From positions 1,568,001-1,632,000 of the forward strand of contig OY760074.1 in NCBI GenBank assembly GCA_963663035.1: 64,000 bases of DNA, in the 5' to 3' direction. The notes below the pieces were generated by a model that ran no database searches, had not been told where the DNA came from, and was given only the letters and a program-made list of their open reading frames with translations. This DNA is from Acidobacteriota bacterium (GTDB taxonomy: Bacteria; Acidobacteriota; UBA6911; RPQK01; JADFOI01). A program made the position numbers and the translations under genes. The stretch's first letter is position 1. Each line of letters starts with the position of its first letter. This document shows positions 9,266 through 20,989 of the stretch, piece after piece.

Positions 9266-11025
9266 GTCTTCATGACTTCCTGCCAATCGCGCCTGGAAAG
9301 ATCCCAGTAGATAATGCCACCCGCAAGAAGAGCCAACACAAGAAGCGAGAACCCCAGAAGCAGTTCTCCAAAAATCACTTTCCCGATGCCAAACAAAACC
9401 CCGTAAACCAGAAGCACTCCGCACACCCAGTCGAGGAACAACCATGCAAAAGCCGAATCTCCCGGTACATCCGGAACCAACCTTTCAATCTTCCGCCAAC
9501 CAATTCCGCCGGGATGAACGCGTCGATAGAATTCAATCAAGCGCTCTTCCGCCACAGGTTTGGTGAGAAAGGTCACAAGAATCCAGACTGCCGTTGTGAC
9601 TCCTACGATATAGAAAAGGGTTTCAGGAAAGACGACCGTGGTCTTCAACTTGATGTAAGCGTAGACAAGAAAAGGAGTCACCGTTGCACTGATCTCACTC
9701 CAAGCGTTGATCCGCCACCAGTAAAAGCGGAGCATCAAGACAAGTCCCAATCCGGCACCGGACTCGATGAGGAACTGCCACGCTCCCGAGATCGTCTGGA
9801 TGACCAGTGTGACCAGAATCGAAGCGACCATGACAATAAAAGTGACGACCCTTGCCACCAATACGTAGTGGCTCTCCGAAGCCTCCTTCTCGATGAATCT
9901 TCGATAGAAATCATGGACGACATAGGAAGTGCCCCAATTGAGTTGGGTGGAGATGGTGGACATATAGGCTGCAAAAAATGAGGCCACCAACAGGCCTTTC
10001 AAACCCACCGGAAGAAAGTCCCGCATCGCATAAACGTAGCCAAGCTTTTTATCGGCAGCATCCAGCTCCGGATACAAGACAAGGCTGGCCAATCCCACCA
10101 GAATCCAGGGCCACGGTCGCAAGCAGTAATGGGCAATGGTAAACCACAGCGTCGCCATTAAAGAGTGCTTTTCATCTTTGGCAGACATCATCCTTTGGGC
10201 AACATAGCCACCGCCTCCCGGCTCCGCCCCGGGATACCAGGCGGCCCACCATTGAACAAAAATGTAGGCCACAAAGGCACTGACACTCAGAGCCAGAATC
10301 CCTCCATAGGCAATGCTTTCGACTCCAGAATCGATCACAGGAGTAAATTGAAAGACCCAGGCAGGCAGCTGATTTTTCAGTCCGGTGATTCCGCCTATTT
10401 CAGGCAGATTGATGACCACAATGGCAAGAGTGAGAGTCCCTGCCATGGCGATGGAAAACTGCATGACATCCGTCACCGCAATTCCCCGCAGACCGGAAAG
10501 AGCAGAGTAAATGGCCGCGAATACCATGGCCGCAAAGACATAGTATCGAACCTGTCCTTGAGAGATATCGAACATCCCGATCAAAACGGTAGCCATGGCC
10601 ACGTTCACCCACCCCATGATGACCGTGTTGATGAAAAGTCCGAGATAAAGGGCTCTGAACCCCCGTAAAACGGAGGCCGGCCTGCCCGAATATCGAAGTT
10701 CAATAAAGGCCACGTCGGTCAGGACTCCTGCCCTTCTCCACAATCTGGCGAAGAAGAAACAGGTAAACATGGAACCAAAGAGAAAGTTCCACCACAGCCA
10801 GTTTCCCGCAATGCCTCCAGTGGCCACTAGCTCGGTCACTGCAAGAGGAGTATCCGCCGCGAAAGTGGTGGCAACCATTGAAGTCCCGGCCAACCACCAG
10901 GGAAGGCTCCGACCGGAAAGGAAAAATTCCTGAGTATCTCTTCCCGCTCGCTTAGAATAATAGGCAGCGATAGCGAAGCTCAACAGGAGATACAAGATCA
11001 CGATGACCCAATCGATTACCGACAT
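9262..11025 (-). CDS. Sodium:solute symporter (SSS) family protein
   Basis: About 14 TMs; FFLSGRSLPWW, SMVATTFAADTPL, YVAQRMMSAK and AAYMSTISTQLNWG motifs. Confidence 0.92.
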   Translation of the reverse strand: MSVIDWVIVILYLLLSFAIAAYYSKRAGRDTQEFFLSGRSLPWWLAGTSMVATTFAADTPLAVTELVATGGIAGNWLWWNFLFGSMFTCFFFARLWRRAGVLTDVAFIELRYSGRPASVLRGFRALYLGLFINTVIMGWVNVAMATVLIGMFDISQGQVRYYVFAAMVFAAIYSALSGLRGIAVTDVMQFSIAMAGTLTLAIVVINLPEIGGITGLKNQLPAWVFQFTPVIDSGVESIAYGGILALSVSAFVAYIFVQWWAAWYPGAEPGGGGYVAQRMMSAKDEKHSLMATLWFTIAHYCLRPWPWILVGLASLVLYPELDAADKKLGYVYAMRDFLPVGLKGLLVASFFAAYMSTISTQLNWGTSYVVHDFYRRFIEKEASESHYVLVARVVTFIVMVASILVTLVIQTISGAWQFLIESGAGLGLVLMLRFYWWRINAWSEISATVTPFLVYAYIKLKTTVVFPETLFYIVGVTTAVWILVTFLTKPVAEERLIEFYRRVHPGGIGWRKIERLVPDVPGDSAFAWLFLDWVCGVLLVYGVLFGIGKVIFGELLLGFSLLVLALLAGGIIYWDLSRRDWQEVMKT

Positions 11026-11101
11026 TGCTCAATCACTTCGACTTGCTGCGTTCGTTTAAGGAGGCTAACAGGCAAGACCCGACAGCACAAGAGAGGGGAA
11101 T

Positions 11102-11226
11102 TGGTTCCCGAGTGGCATTCGCTATCGGTGGCAAGAGAGTGTGGAAATCTCGGCGGACTCCAAACTTCTTAGGGCACCGCTCTCACAGCGGGCACCGTTT
11201 TTACGGCGTCTGTCTCTCGGGAACCA
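11102..11226 (-). ncRNA. Putative structured ncRNA or leader RNA (unassigned)
   Basis: Perfect 11-bp closing inverted repeat (TGGTTCCCGAG 11102-11112 / CTCGGGAACCA 11216-11226) with internal hairpins; begins at the predicted TSS of a sigma70 promoter. Confidence 0.5.
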
Positions 11227-11233
11227 GTTAGTT

Positions 11234-11261
11234 ATTGTACTGAAAGAAAAGCCCAAGTCAA
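11234..11261 (-). promoter_or_regulatory. sigma70-type promoter TTGACT-N16-TACAAT
   Basis: Near-consensus hexamers on the minus strand with AT-rich upstream DNA containing an IHF-like site (TTTCAATAAGTTA, 11279-11291). Confidence 0.6.
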
Positions 11262-11346
11262 GGGTAAAAAGCATTTATTTTCAATAAGTTACAAAAAACA
11301 TTCATGCACACTATTTTCACACTTTTCTCACAGCTTTTTCCAAAAC

Positions 11347-11613
11347 TCACTTGTCGGCCCCGTACCACTTATAATTGATGTCCACATATTTCACCCACTG
11401 TTCCGGAACTTCATCTTCTGGGAAGATAGCTTCCACGGGACATTCAGGAACACAGGCTCCGCAATCGATACACTCCTCCGGATCAATAAACAACATCTCT
11501 TCGGTTTCGAATTTCGTCTCATCACTGCGGGGATGAATACAATCGACGGGACAGGCATCCACACAAGCTGTGTCTTTGACTCCGATACAGGGTTCGCAAA
11601 TAATAAATGTCAT
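11347..11613 (-). CDS. Dicluster (7Fe/8Fe, FdxA-like) ferredoxin
   Basis: CEPCIGVKDTACVDACPVDCIH and ECIDCGACVPECPVEAI motifs. Confidence 0.93.
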   Translation of the reverse strand: MTFIICEPCIGVKDTACVDACPVDCIHPRSDETKFETEEMLFIDPEECIDCGACVPECPVEAIFPEDEVPEQWVKYVDINYKWYGADK

Positions 11614-11772
11614 CGGTTGTGACCTTTGCCTTTTCGCTCTTTACTCAATTTAACTAAGTCTTTTCGAGGTCAAGAGAGATTGTCATATTGTCGCTTTTTA
11701 TATTTTAAAGTATTAAAGCCCTGTCATCAAAACACAGTCATCGCCTCTTTGACAAGCCGGAAGTTCCTGCAG

Positions 11773-11802
11773 TTGACCCTTTCAGGTTGGTTCTCCTACA
11801 CT
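11773..11802 (+). promoter_or_regulatory. sigma70-type promoter TTGACC-N18-TACACT in front of the pafB-like gene
   Basis: The -10 box ends 7 nt before the GTG start at 11810, and no SD is visible. Confidence 0.4.
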
Positions 11803-11809
11803 ACACTCA

Positions 11810-12784
11810 GTGAACCGGACAGAGCGTCTACTCGACTTGATTACCTACTTGCTGAACGCGCGAGAACCCGTGTCTTGGCAGGAAATCAAAAATCACTTCC
11901 CGGATGACTACTCTCGAGGTGTTGAGGAATCCAATCAGAGAAAGTTTGAACGCGACAAAGCGGAACTCATTTCGTTAGGAATTCCAATCGATTATCACAG
12001 TGGAGCAGGTGTGAAAAAAGAGGGCTATCTCATTGAGAAAGAGAAGCTCTTCCTTCACGAGGTTCAGTTCACTCCACAGGAGTCCTCTCTCTTGATGCTC
12101 TCAGCGGGCGCCGTTTTGAACGACGAAGGTTTCCCCTATCGGGACCAACTGGAATCTGCACTTCACAAGATCACCAGTGTCAATGATCACCTGAGTCCTC
12201 CTCCTCCTGGAATTACCATCACCTACGCTGGCGATAAGGGAACCGTAAACCGCGCAAAGTGGGTGAATGAAATCCAGGATGCTCTGGATCGGCGTAAGAC
12301 GCTCAAGTTTACCTACCACGCTTTTTCCACCCGCGAAACCACGAAACGCACGTTGGATCCCTATGGATTGATTTTCCGCAGGGGGTTTTGGACGCTCATC
12401 GGGTGGGACCACATCCGCCAGGATCTGCGCTCCTTTGTGGTGAGCCGGATCCGGAACTTGAAACCAAACACTCGACGTCCAGGAACTCCGGACTTTGAAG
12501 TTCTCGATGGATTTTCCGTGAAAAACTATCAGAATCAACAGCAGTGGGAACTGGACTTACACGATCCCATCCAAGTGACAATCCAAGTCTCGCAGCACCG
12601 GCTGCTTGAACTCCTGGCCCAATTAAGGAGCGCCAAGAGAACGAGCAAGAATACTTTCGAATTAAGTGTGAAGAACCGCTTCGGTCTGATATCCTGGATT
12701 CTCTCTCAAAAAACTGATGTCCGGGTTTTAGACCCGCCAGAAATACAAAGCGAGCTTTGTGAAGTTCTTCGAAAACTGCAATGA
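11810..12784 (+). CDS. WYL-domain transcriptional regulator, PafB-like
   Basis: N-terminal wHTH RTERLLDL...RKFERDKAEL..LGIPI, WYL core (RTLDPYGL...WTLIG.D..RQDLRSF.VSRI) and a WCX tail. Confidence 0.88.
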   Translation: MNRTERLLDLITYLLNAREPVSWQEIKNHFPDDYSRGVEESNQRKFERDKAELISLGIPIDYHSGAGVKKEGYLIEKEKLFLHEVQFTPQESSLLMLSAGAVLNDEGFPYRDQLESALHKITSVNDHLSPPPPGITITYAGDKGTVNRAKWVNEIQDALDRRKTLKFTYHAFSTRETTKRTLDPYGLIFRRGFWTLIGWDHIRQDLRSFVVSRIRNLKPNTRRPGTPDFEVLDGFSVKNYQNQQQWELDLHDPIQVTIQVSQHRLLELLAQLRSAKRTSKNTFELSVKNRFGLISWILSQKTDVRVLDPPEIQSELCEVLRKLQ

Positions 12785-13728
12785 ACGTCACTGAGCGGAT
12801 CAACCGCATCCTTTTTATCCTGAGCTACGTATCGAAAAACCAGGGGGTCAATGTCGAGAAGTTGGCCGAAGAGGTAGGGATGCGTCCCAAGCAGCTGATG
12901 AAGGAGTTGGATTTCATGCTCCTGATCGGCAAACCTCCCTTTCGTCCTGACGACTATGTGGACATCTACGTGGAAGAACAGCAGGTCTATATTGAGTTTG
13001 ACCAGATGCTGAACAGGCCGTTGCGATTTACCCGTCCCGAGGCCATGGCCTTACTGATGTCCTTAAAGCTTCTCGACCCGGAAGTGGACCCCAAGACCGT
13101 GCAATCTCTCACCACCACCATCGAGCAAGCCATTTCCGATTCCCTCGATCCTGCGGCCCGTCTGGAAGACCGTATTGTTCTTGAACAGCCTTCAAGACCT
13201 GCCTCTCGTTACTTCAGCCTTTTACGTCAAGCGATTGAAGAGAACCGCAAGGCGGAGATTGAATATTACTCCCTAACGCGGAACACAACGAGCCCTCGAG
13301 TGATTCATCCCTATTTCCTCATGAAGAACCTGGGTTACTGGTATCTCACCGGATATTGCGAGATGCGAGAGGATGTGAGAACTTTCAGATTCGAACGTAT
13401 TCTCTCGGTGAGACTCCACAAAAAACGGTTTTCCTTACCCAAGGATCTGAACATCGACAAATACAAGGACAACTTCCTGAAGTCGATGGGAGGTCGCAAG
13501 ATTGAAATTCAATTTGACGACACGGTGGCCCCCTGGGTAAAGGAACGGTGGGGCTCTTCCGTGACCAAGACCAGCAACGGCGGCGTGGTGTTGAAGCTCA
13601 CCAGTGACACGCTGGAATATCCTTCACGCCTGATTCTCAGTTTCGCTCCCCATGCAAAACCACTGAGTCCACCCGAACTGATTGAGAAGGTGCAAAAGGA
13701 TTCCCGGGAAATCGCGCAGTTGTATTAA
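12781..13728 (+). CDS. WYL-domain transcriptional regulator, PafC-like
   Basis: RPLRFTRPEA.ALL, RVIHPY....GYWYLTGYC..REDVRTFRFERI motifs; ATGA overlap with the pafB-like gene. Confidence 0.88.
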   Translation: MNVTERINRILFILSYVSKNQGVNVEKLAEEVGMRPKQLMKELDFMLLIGKPPFRPDDYVDIYVEEQQVYIEFDQMLNRPLRFTRPEAMALLMSLKLLDPEVDPKTVQSLTTTIEQAISDSLDPAARLEDRIVLEQPSRPASRYFSLLRQAIEENRKAEIEYYSLTRNTTSPRVIHPYFLMKNLGYWYLTGYCEMREDVRTFRFERILSVRLHKKRFSLPKDLNIDKYKDNFLKSMGGRKIEIQFDDTVAPWVKERWGSSVTKTSNGGVVLKLTSDTLEYPSRLILSFAPHAKPLSPPELIEKVQKDSREIAQLY

Positions 13729-13736
13729 GAGCCCTC

Positions 13737-13765
13737 TTTGCAGTCTTCCCAAATACTTCTATAAT
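13737..13765 (+). promoter_or_regulatory. Promoter of sodC (TTTGCA-N17-TATAAT)
   Basis: Perfect TATAAT at 13760-13765, followed by an AAGGAGG SD. Confidence 0.5.
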
Positions 13766-13791
13766 GAGATTTTGAACAAGGAGGTTTACAA

Positions 13792-14349
13792 ATGCTCAGG
13801 AATACTTTTTTTGTCGTCAGTCTGCTTTTGACCGTTGTCTTGGGATTCTCTTGTGCATCGGCACCCGAGGAGGCAGCCGAACCCATCGAAACACCACCAC
13901 CACCCGAAGTTATTACCGGGGGTGCCGACCTGTTTCCTACCGAAGGCAACGAAGCCAGCGGGACCGTTACCTTCGAGGAGACAGAAGGAAGAGTCAGGAT
14001 CACTGCTCAGCTCACTGGGCTTGAGCCCGGCCTGCATGGGTTTCATATCCACGCTAACGGAGACTGCAGTGCGCCGGATGGAACCAGCGCCGGAGGTCAC
14101 TTTAACCCAGGCGAGACAGAGCACGGAGCTCCCGATTCTCCCATCCATCATGCGGGTGATTTAGGAAATGTTGAGGCAGATGCGGACGGCAATGCCAACT
14201 TCGAAATGACGGCGGATTTTATAAGCCTTTCGGAAGGACCGAATTCCATCCAAGGCAAGGGAGTGATCCTCCATGCGGCCGAAGATGATTTCGGCCAGCC
14301 GACGGGTAATGCCGGGGCTCGTCTGGCATGCGGTGTCGTCGAGATGTGA
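13792..14349 (+). CDS. sodC: Cu/Zn superoxide dismutase, likely a lipoprotein
   Basis: HGFHIH, GDC, SAGGHFNP, HAGDLGN and GNAGARLACG motifs; lipobox-like LGFSC. Confidence 0.95.
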   Translation: MLRNTFFVVSLLLTVVLGFSCASAPEEAAEPIETPPPPEVITGGADLFPTEGNEASGTVTFEETEGRVRITAQLTGLEPGLHGFHIHANGDCSAPDGTSAGGHFNPGETEHGAPDSPIHHAGDLGNVEADADGNANFEMTADFISLSEGPNSIQGKGVILHAAEDDFGQPTGNAGARLACGVVEM

Positions 14350-14386
14350 GTTTGTGGATTCGTGAGGAGAAAATCTCTTGCTCGAC

Positions 14387-14821
14387 TCAGCCACCCGGCC
14401 CATCGGCGGTAAAGTAAGCCTCCAGAGAATTCAGCTGATCCACCAAATCCTCTGCATGGTGTTTCAGGAGCCTCCGCACGGACAGCAGACCAACCAGGCT
14501 CCCATCCTCATCCACGATGGGCAAATGCCTAATTTTCCGGGACACTAGTAATCCCAGTGCCTCAGAAGAGTCTGCACGGGTGTTGAGGATCTCCAGCTTG
14601 GTCGTCATCACCTCGCGCACGAGGGTCTTGTCAGGATCGAGCCCAGCTGCCACAATGCGCAGCATGAGATCGCGTTCGGAAAAGATTCCGACTAACTGGT
14701 TGTTCTCAAGGACCACACAGGCCCCCATCTTGGCCTCTTTCATCGTGCTGACTGCATCACGCACACTGGCATCTGCCGACACGCCGGGAGCCGGCACCTG
14801 AGCGATCTTAATGACTTTCAT
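14387..14821 (-). CDS. CBS-domain pair protein
   Basis: LVGIFSERD and IRHLPIVD motifs. Confidence 0.88.
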   Translation of the reverse strand: MKVIKIAQVPAPGVSADASVRDAVSTMKEAKMGACVVLENNQLVGIFSERDLMLRIVAAGLDPDKTLVREVMTTKLEILNTRADSSEALGLLVSRKIRHLPIVDEDGSLVGLLSVRRLLKHHAEDLVDQLNSLEAYFTADGPGG

Positions 14822-14900
14822 TTGGGCTCAAGTATAGCAGAGTCGGCATAGGAAAAACTTTTTGCCTGTTTTCCCATCTAAAGGAATAGGACAAGCTCCC

Positions 14901-15455
14901 ATGAGAACAATGAGAGGCTTCTTGCTATTCTGCCTTGCCATTGTAGCCTTCTCCACCTCGCTGCAAGGAGGACATTTCTCTGTTCGCGTCCCAGAGAGGC
15001 ACTTTTTCCTCCCCTCGCGTACCCTTTTCTTCTTCCAGCCTGATCTCTACTTCCAGAGCCATGCTTCCTCAAATCTCCATATTTATAACCCTACCATTCC
15101 TCTCTCGCGATACCACAGGACAGTAACTTACGGACGTCCTACACCCACCCGCAGAATTTATCAGCTGGTCGTCAGTGGCTCCATGGAGAGCGAGCTGGTA
15201 CGGGCCAATACGACGGACTTAATTTTCCAAGTCAATCCTCCCCAGGCTCTCCTCTACATAGATGGCATGCTCATTGGAAGTGGGGGCGACTTCGGCACCG
15301 AGAGGGACCGCTATACGATTCTCGAGGGCCAACATGATCTTCGGATTGAATTTGCGGGATATCAGCCCTTTCACGAGAAGATGGCAATCGTAGCCAACCG
15401 CAAGCTGCACCTGGACATCCGGTTAGAACCTCTCGAGGAAGGCTCGGAAAAATAG
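14901..15455 (+). CDS. Secreted PEGA-domain protein
   Basis: Signal peptide; C-terminal VNPPQALLYIDG...GQHDLRIEFAGY PEGA-like motif. Confidence 0.6.
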   Translation: MRTMRGFLLFCLAIVAFSTSLQGGHFSVRVPERHFFLPSRTLFFFQPDLYFQSHASSNLHIYNPTIPLSRYHRTVTYGRPTPTRRIYQLVVSGSMESELVRANTTDLIFQVNPPQALLYIDGMLIGSGGDFGTERDRYTILEGQHDLRIEFAGYQPFHEKMAIVANRKLHLDIRLEPLEEGSEK

Positions 15456-15469
15456 GGCCGGTTTCGTGC

Positions 15470-15524
15470 GTGGGAGGCACCTCAGGTGCCGAACTCATCC
15501 GTGGGAGGCACCTCAGGTGCCGAA
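15470..15524. repeat. Two tandem REP-like units GTGGGAGGCACCTCAGGTGCCGAA
   Basis: Identical 24-mers at 15470 and 15501, each with an internal palindrome; a third copy at 40602. Confidence 0.8.
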
Positions 15525-15594
15525 TTCGTGCTATCCCTCCAGATACCCTACCCTAAATCGATCCCTTTGCTATATTATCGGGTCTGCAGAGTGC

Positions 15595-15668
<74 letters not shown>

Positions 15669-15719
15669 TGAACAAGTCGGTAACACGTACTCACGAAGTC
15701 ACCGATTCACGAAAGTACC

Positions 15720-16631
15720 ATGAAGCTTGTTGTCACAGGGGCCACCGGGCTAGTCGGAGGTGCCCTCTGTCAAAACCTCATCCAAGCCGGTCACCAGGTA
15801 GTGGCCTTGGCGCGAAACCCTGAGAAGGCGCGGGCAAAGCTTCCCACTGTGGAAGTTGCGGCCTGGGATGCCACTTCCGGTCATCCTCCAGTGGAAGCTC
15901 TGGAAGGCTCGGACGCAGTAGTCCATCTGGCCGGGGAAGCCATTGCCGCAGGCCGGTGGACTTCCCAACGGAAACGAATGATTCGTGAGAGTCGGGTCGC
16001 GGGAACCAGAAACCTGGTCGAGGGTCTTTCCCACTGCCAGAATCCTCCAAAGGTTCTGGTGAGTAGTTCGGCCATCGGCTATTACGGAACTCACGGGGAT
16101 GAGTTTCTTGAGGAGACAAGTCAGCCTGGGAACGATTTCCTGGCTGAGTTATGCCAGCAGTGGGAGAGCGAGGCCAAGCGAGCCACCGACTCAGGAGTTC
16201 GTGTGGTGCTGGTGCGAAGTGGTTTGATTTTGGCCAGGGAGGGTGGAGCCCTTCCTCGCATGCTCCCACCCTTTCGAATGGGTGTGGGTGGCCCCTTGGC
16301 CAGTGGAAAGCAGTGGATGTCCTGGATTCACATCAGGGACGAACTCGAGGCAATTAGGTACGCCATTGAAAACGATGAAATGGAAGGCCCTCTGAACCTG
16401 ACCGCCCCCAATCCCGTCACCAATGAAGAATTCTCAAGGACGTTGGCGCGGGTCTTGAGGCGCCCGGCCTTTTTCCGGGTTCCCGGGTTTGTCCTGCGAC
16501 TGTTGTTCGGTGAAATGGCAGAGACTTTGCTTCTCAAGGGACAGCGTGTGCTTCCCAAAAAATTGGAGCAAAGCGGTTATCAGTTTCGTTTTTCCGATCT
16601 GAGGGGAGCCTTCGAAGATCTCCTGGGGTGA
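15720..16631 (+). CDS. TIGR01777/YfcH-family NAD-dependent epimerase/oxidoreductase
   Basis: TGATGLVG, HLAGE..RW, SSSAIGYYG, GKQWMSWIH and GQRVLP motifs. Confidence 0.9.
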   Translation: MKLVVTGATGLVGGALCQNLIQAGHQVVALARNPEKARAKLPTVEVAAWDATSGHPPVEALEGSDAVVHLAGEAIAAGRWTSQRKRMIRESRVAGTRNLVEGLSHCQNPPKVLVSSSAIGYYGTHGDEFLEETSQPGNDFLAELCQQWESEAKRATDSGVRVVLVRSGLILAREGGALPRMLPPFRMGVGGPLASGKQWMSWIHIRDELEAIRYAIENDEMEGPLNLTAPNPVTNEEFSRTLARVLRRPAFFRVPGFVLRLLFGEMAETLLLKGQRVLPKKLEQSGYQFRFSDLRGAFEDLLG

Positions 16632-16660
16632 CAGCACGAGCGCGTGAAGCGCGCAACCTC

Positions 16661-17071
16661 TCACTCTTTCTCTGCCACCTCCAGCCTCACCTCGGCCGCG
16701 CGCAGATCGAGCAAGGCTTGAGCATAGTCGGTATCCTGATCCCTGGAGCTGAGAAGCTGCTCAGCTCGTCTGTGCTGGTCCCTTGCCTGCTCCGCATCGA
16801 TCTGATCGGGAGACTCAGCCACCTCAGCCAACACAGAGACCCGACCTGGGAGCACTTCCACAAAGCCCCAGCTGCAGAAGAGGCGAAACTCCCGAGATTC
16901 CTGACGGTAGGTAAGAATTCCTGTCTGAAGTTCCGATAACAACGGCGCATGGCCCGGTAGAATTCCCAGATAGCCCTCACTACCGGGCACAACGACCTCA
17001 TCGACTTCTCCACTGAAAAAGAGTTGATCAGGAGTCACAATCTCCAGCTCAATTCTCCCTCCCAAGCTCAT
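16661..17071 (-). CDS. atpC: ATP synthase F1 epsilon subunit
   Basis: EIVTPD and GILPGHAP motifs; follows atpD. Confidence 0.95.
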   Translation of the reverse strand: MSLGGRIELEIVTPDQLFFSGEVDEVVVPGSEGYLGILPGHAPLLSELQTGILTYRQESREFRLFCSWGFVEVLPGRVSVLAEVAESPDQIDAEQARDQHRRAEQLLSSRDQDTDYAQALLDLRAAEVRLEVAEKE

Positions 17072-17121
17072 ATTTCTCTCCTTCTCTCCCTGTCAGTTGT
17101 CAGTTGTCAGTTTTTCCGTTG

Positions 17122-19420
<2,299 letters not shown>

Positions 19421-19463
19421 GAGTTATCTGAGCTCCCTGTTTTTTTCTTGATTAAAAGAGAGG

Positions 19464-20984
19464 TTAGGCCGCTCTTTCTTCCTCAAAGCGAGTCTTAAAT
19501 TCTGCGATCGCTTCGTACAGTTTCTTCCGCAGCTCATCATCCAGGGTCTTCTTGTCCATGATTTCCTGCAGGAGATCCGCCTTGCTCACTTCCATAAATC
19601 TTTGCAAACCCAATTCAAACTTTCCTAGCTCTGAGACTTCAATATCGTCCAGAAACCCCTCCGTCGCTGCCAGGATAATGACGATCTGCCGATCAACACC
19701 CAGCGGCTGATACTGGTCCTGTTTGAAAATTTCCGTGAACCTTTCGCCGCGAGCCAGCTGGTTCTGGGTGGCTTGATCGAGATCGGAGCCAAACTGGGCA
19801 AAGGCAGCCAAGGAGCGGTACTGAGCCAGTTCAAGCCGCAGAGTCCCAGCCACCTGCTTCATGGCCTTGATTTGAGCATTTCCACCCACCCGACTGACCG
19901 AGTTGCCCACGTGAATGGCAGGCCGGATCCCCGAGTAGAAGAGATCGGACTCCAAGAAAATCTGGCCATCGGTGATGGAAATGACATTGGTGGGAATGTA
20001 GGCCGCAATGTCTCCTGCCTGGGTCTCGATCACCGGCAAGGCCGTCAGGCTGCCAGCTCCCAGCTCGTCGCTCAATTTGGCCGCCCTCTCCAAGAGCCGG
20101 CTGTGCAGGTAGAAGACATCGCCCGGAAAAGCTTCCCGGCCAGGTGGTCGTCTCATCAGGAGGGATATCTCCCGATAAGAGGCGGCATGCTTGGAAAGGT
20201 CGTCATAGACAATCAGCACATGGCGTTTCCGGTCACGGAAGTATTCTCCCATGGAACAACCGGCATAGGGTGCCAGGTACTGCATCGTGGCTGGATCAGA
20301 GGAAGCCGCCACAACCACGATTGTCTTTTTCATGACGTCGTAGTCCTCGAGAGTCTTCACCACTCGCGCAATGGTAGAGCGCTTCTGACCGATTGCCACA
20401 TAGATACACAGCATGTCGGTGTCTTTCTGATTGATGATCGTATCGATGAGAATGGCACTCTTACCGGTCTGACGATCACCGATAATGAGCTCACGCTGCC
20501 CCCTCCCGATGGGAATCATGGAGTCGATGGCTTTGAGACCCGTTTGGACGGGCTCACGTACCGGCTGCCGCTCGATCACCCCGGGGGCAAGCCTTTCCAC
20601 AGGAGAGTTCTCATCTGTCTTCACCGGGCCCTTGCCATCAAGCGGTCGGCCCAGTGCATCCACAACACGGCCCAGCAGCGCTTCGCCCACTGGCACTTGC
20701 ATGATTCGCTTTGTGCGTTTGACCAAATCTCCTTCTTTGATCTCATGAAAGTCACCAAAGAGAATCACACCCACGTTGTCTTCCTCAAGATTAAAGGCAA
20801 GACCATAGACCTGGTGAGGAAGCTCCAGAAGTTCAAGCGCCATGACTTTCTCCAAACCATGCACCCGAGCAATGCCGTCGCCAGCTGAGAGGACGGTACC
20901 CACCTCGCTGACCACGACTCCGGTGTCGAAATCCTTGATCTGCTCCTTGATGATCTTGCTAATCTGATCTGCTTTTAATGCCAT
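19464..20984 (-). CDS. atpA: ATP synthase F1 alpha subunit
   Basis: GDRQTGKS and [22 protein letters not shown] motifs. Confidence 0.98.
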   Translation of the reverse strand: MALKADQISKIIKEQIKDFDTGVVVSEVGTVLSAGDGIARVHGLEKVMALELLELPHQVYGLAFNLEEDNVGVILFGDFHEIKEGDLVKRTKRIMQVPVGEALLGRVVDALGRPLDGKGPVKTDENSPVERLAPGVIERQPVREPVQTGLKAIDSMIPIGRGQRELIIGDRQTGKSAILIDTIINQKDTDMLCIYVAIGQKRSTIARVVKTLEDYDVMKKTIVVVAASSDPATMQYLAPYAGCSMGEYFRDRKRHVLIVYDDLSKHAASYREISLLMRRPPGREAFPGDVFYLHSRLLERAAKLSDELGAGSLTALPVIETQAGDIAAYIPTNVISITDGQIFLESDLFYSGIRPAIHVGNSVSRVGGNAQIKAMKQVAGTLRLELAQYRSLAAFAQFGSDLDQATQNQLARGERFTEIFKQDQYQPLGVDRQIVIILAATEGFLDDIEVSELGKFELGLQRFMEVSKADLLQEIMDKKTLDDELRKKLYEAIAEFKTRFEEERAA

Positions 20985-20989
20985 GATAA

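Noticed and set aside
11265-11346. AT-rich tract with an IHF-like site and TTTTCACA-like words as a possible oriC
   Set aside because: There are no consensus DnaA boxes (TTATCCACA) and no dnaA/dnaN nearby. It is better explained as the upstream element of the 11234-11261 promoter.
5941-14349. Selenoprotein (UGA read-through) genes near the sen cluster
   Set aside because: I saw no in-frame UGA at a Cys-equivalent position followed by continued homology or a SECIS-like hairpin. The check was by eye and not exhaustive.
15470-15524. Palindromic 24-bp direct repeats as a mini-CRISPR
   Set aside because: There are only two units with a 7-bp spacer, no cas genes, and a dispersed copy at 40602, which fits a REP-like repeat.
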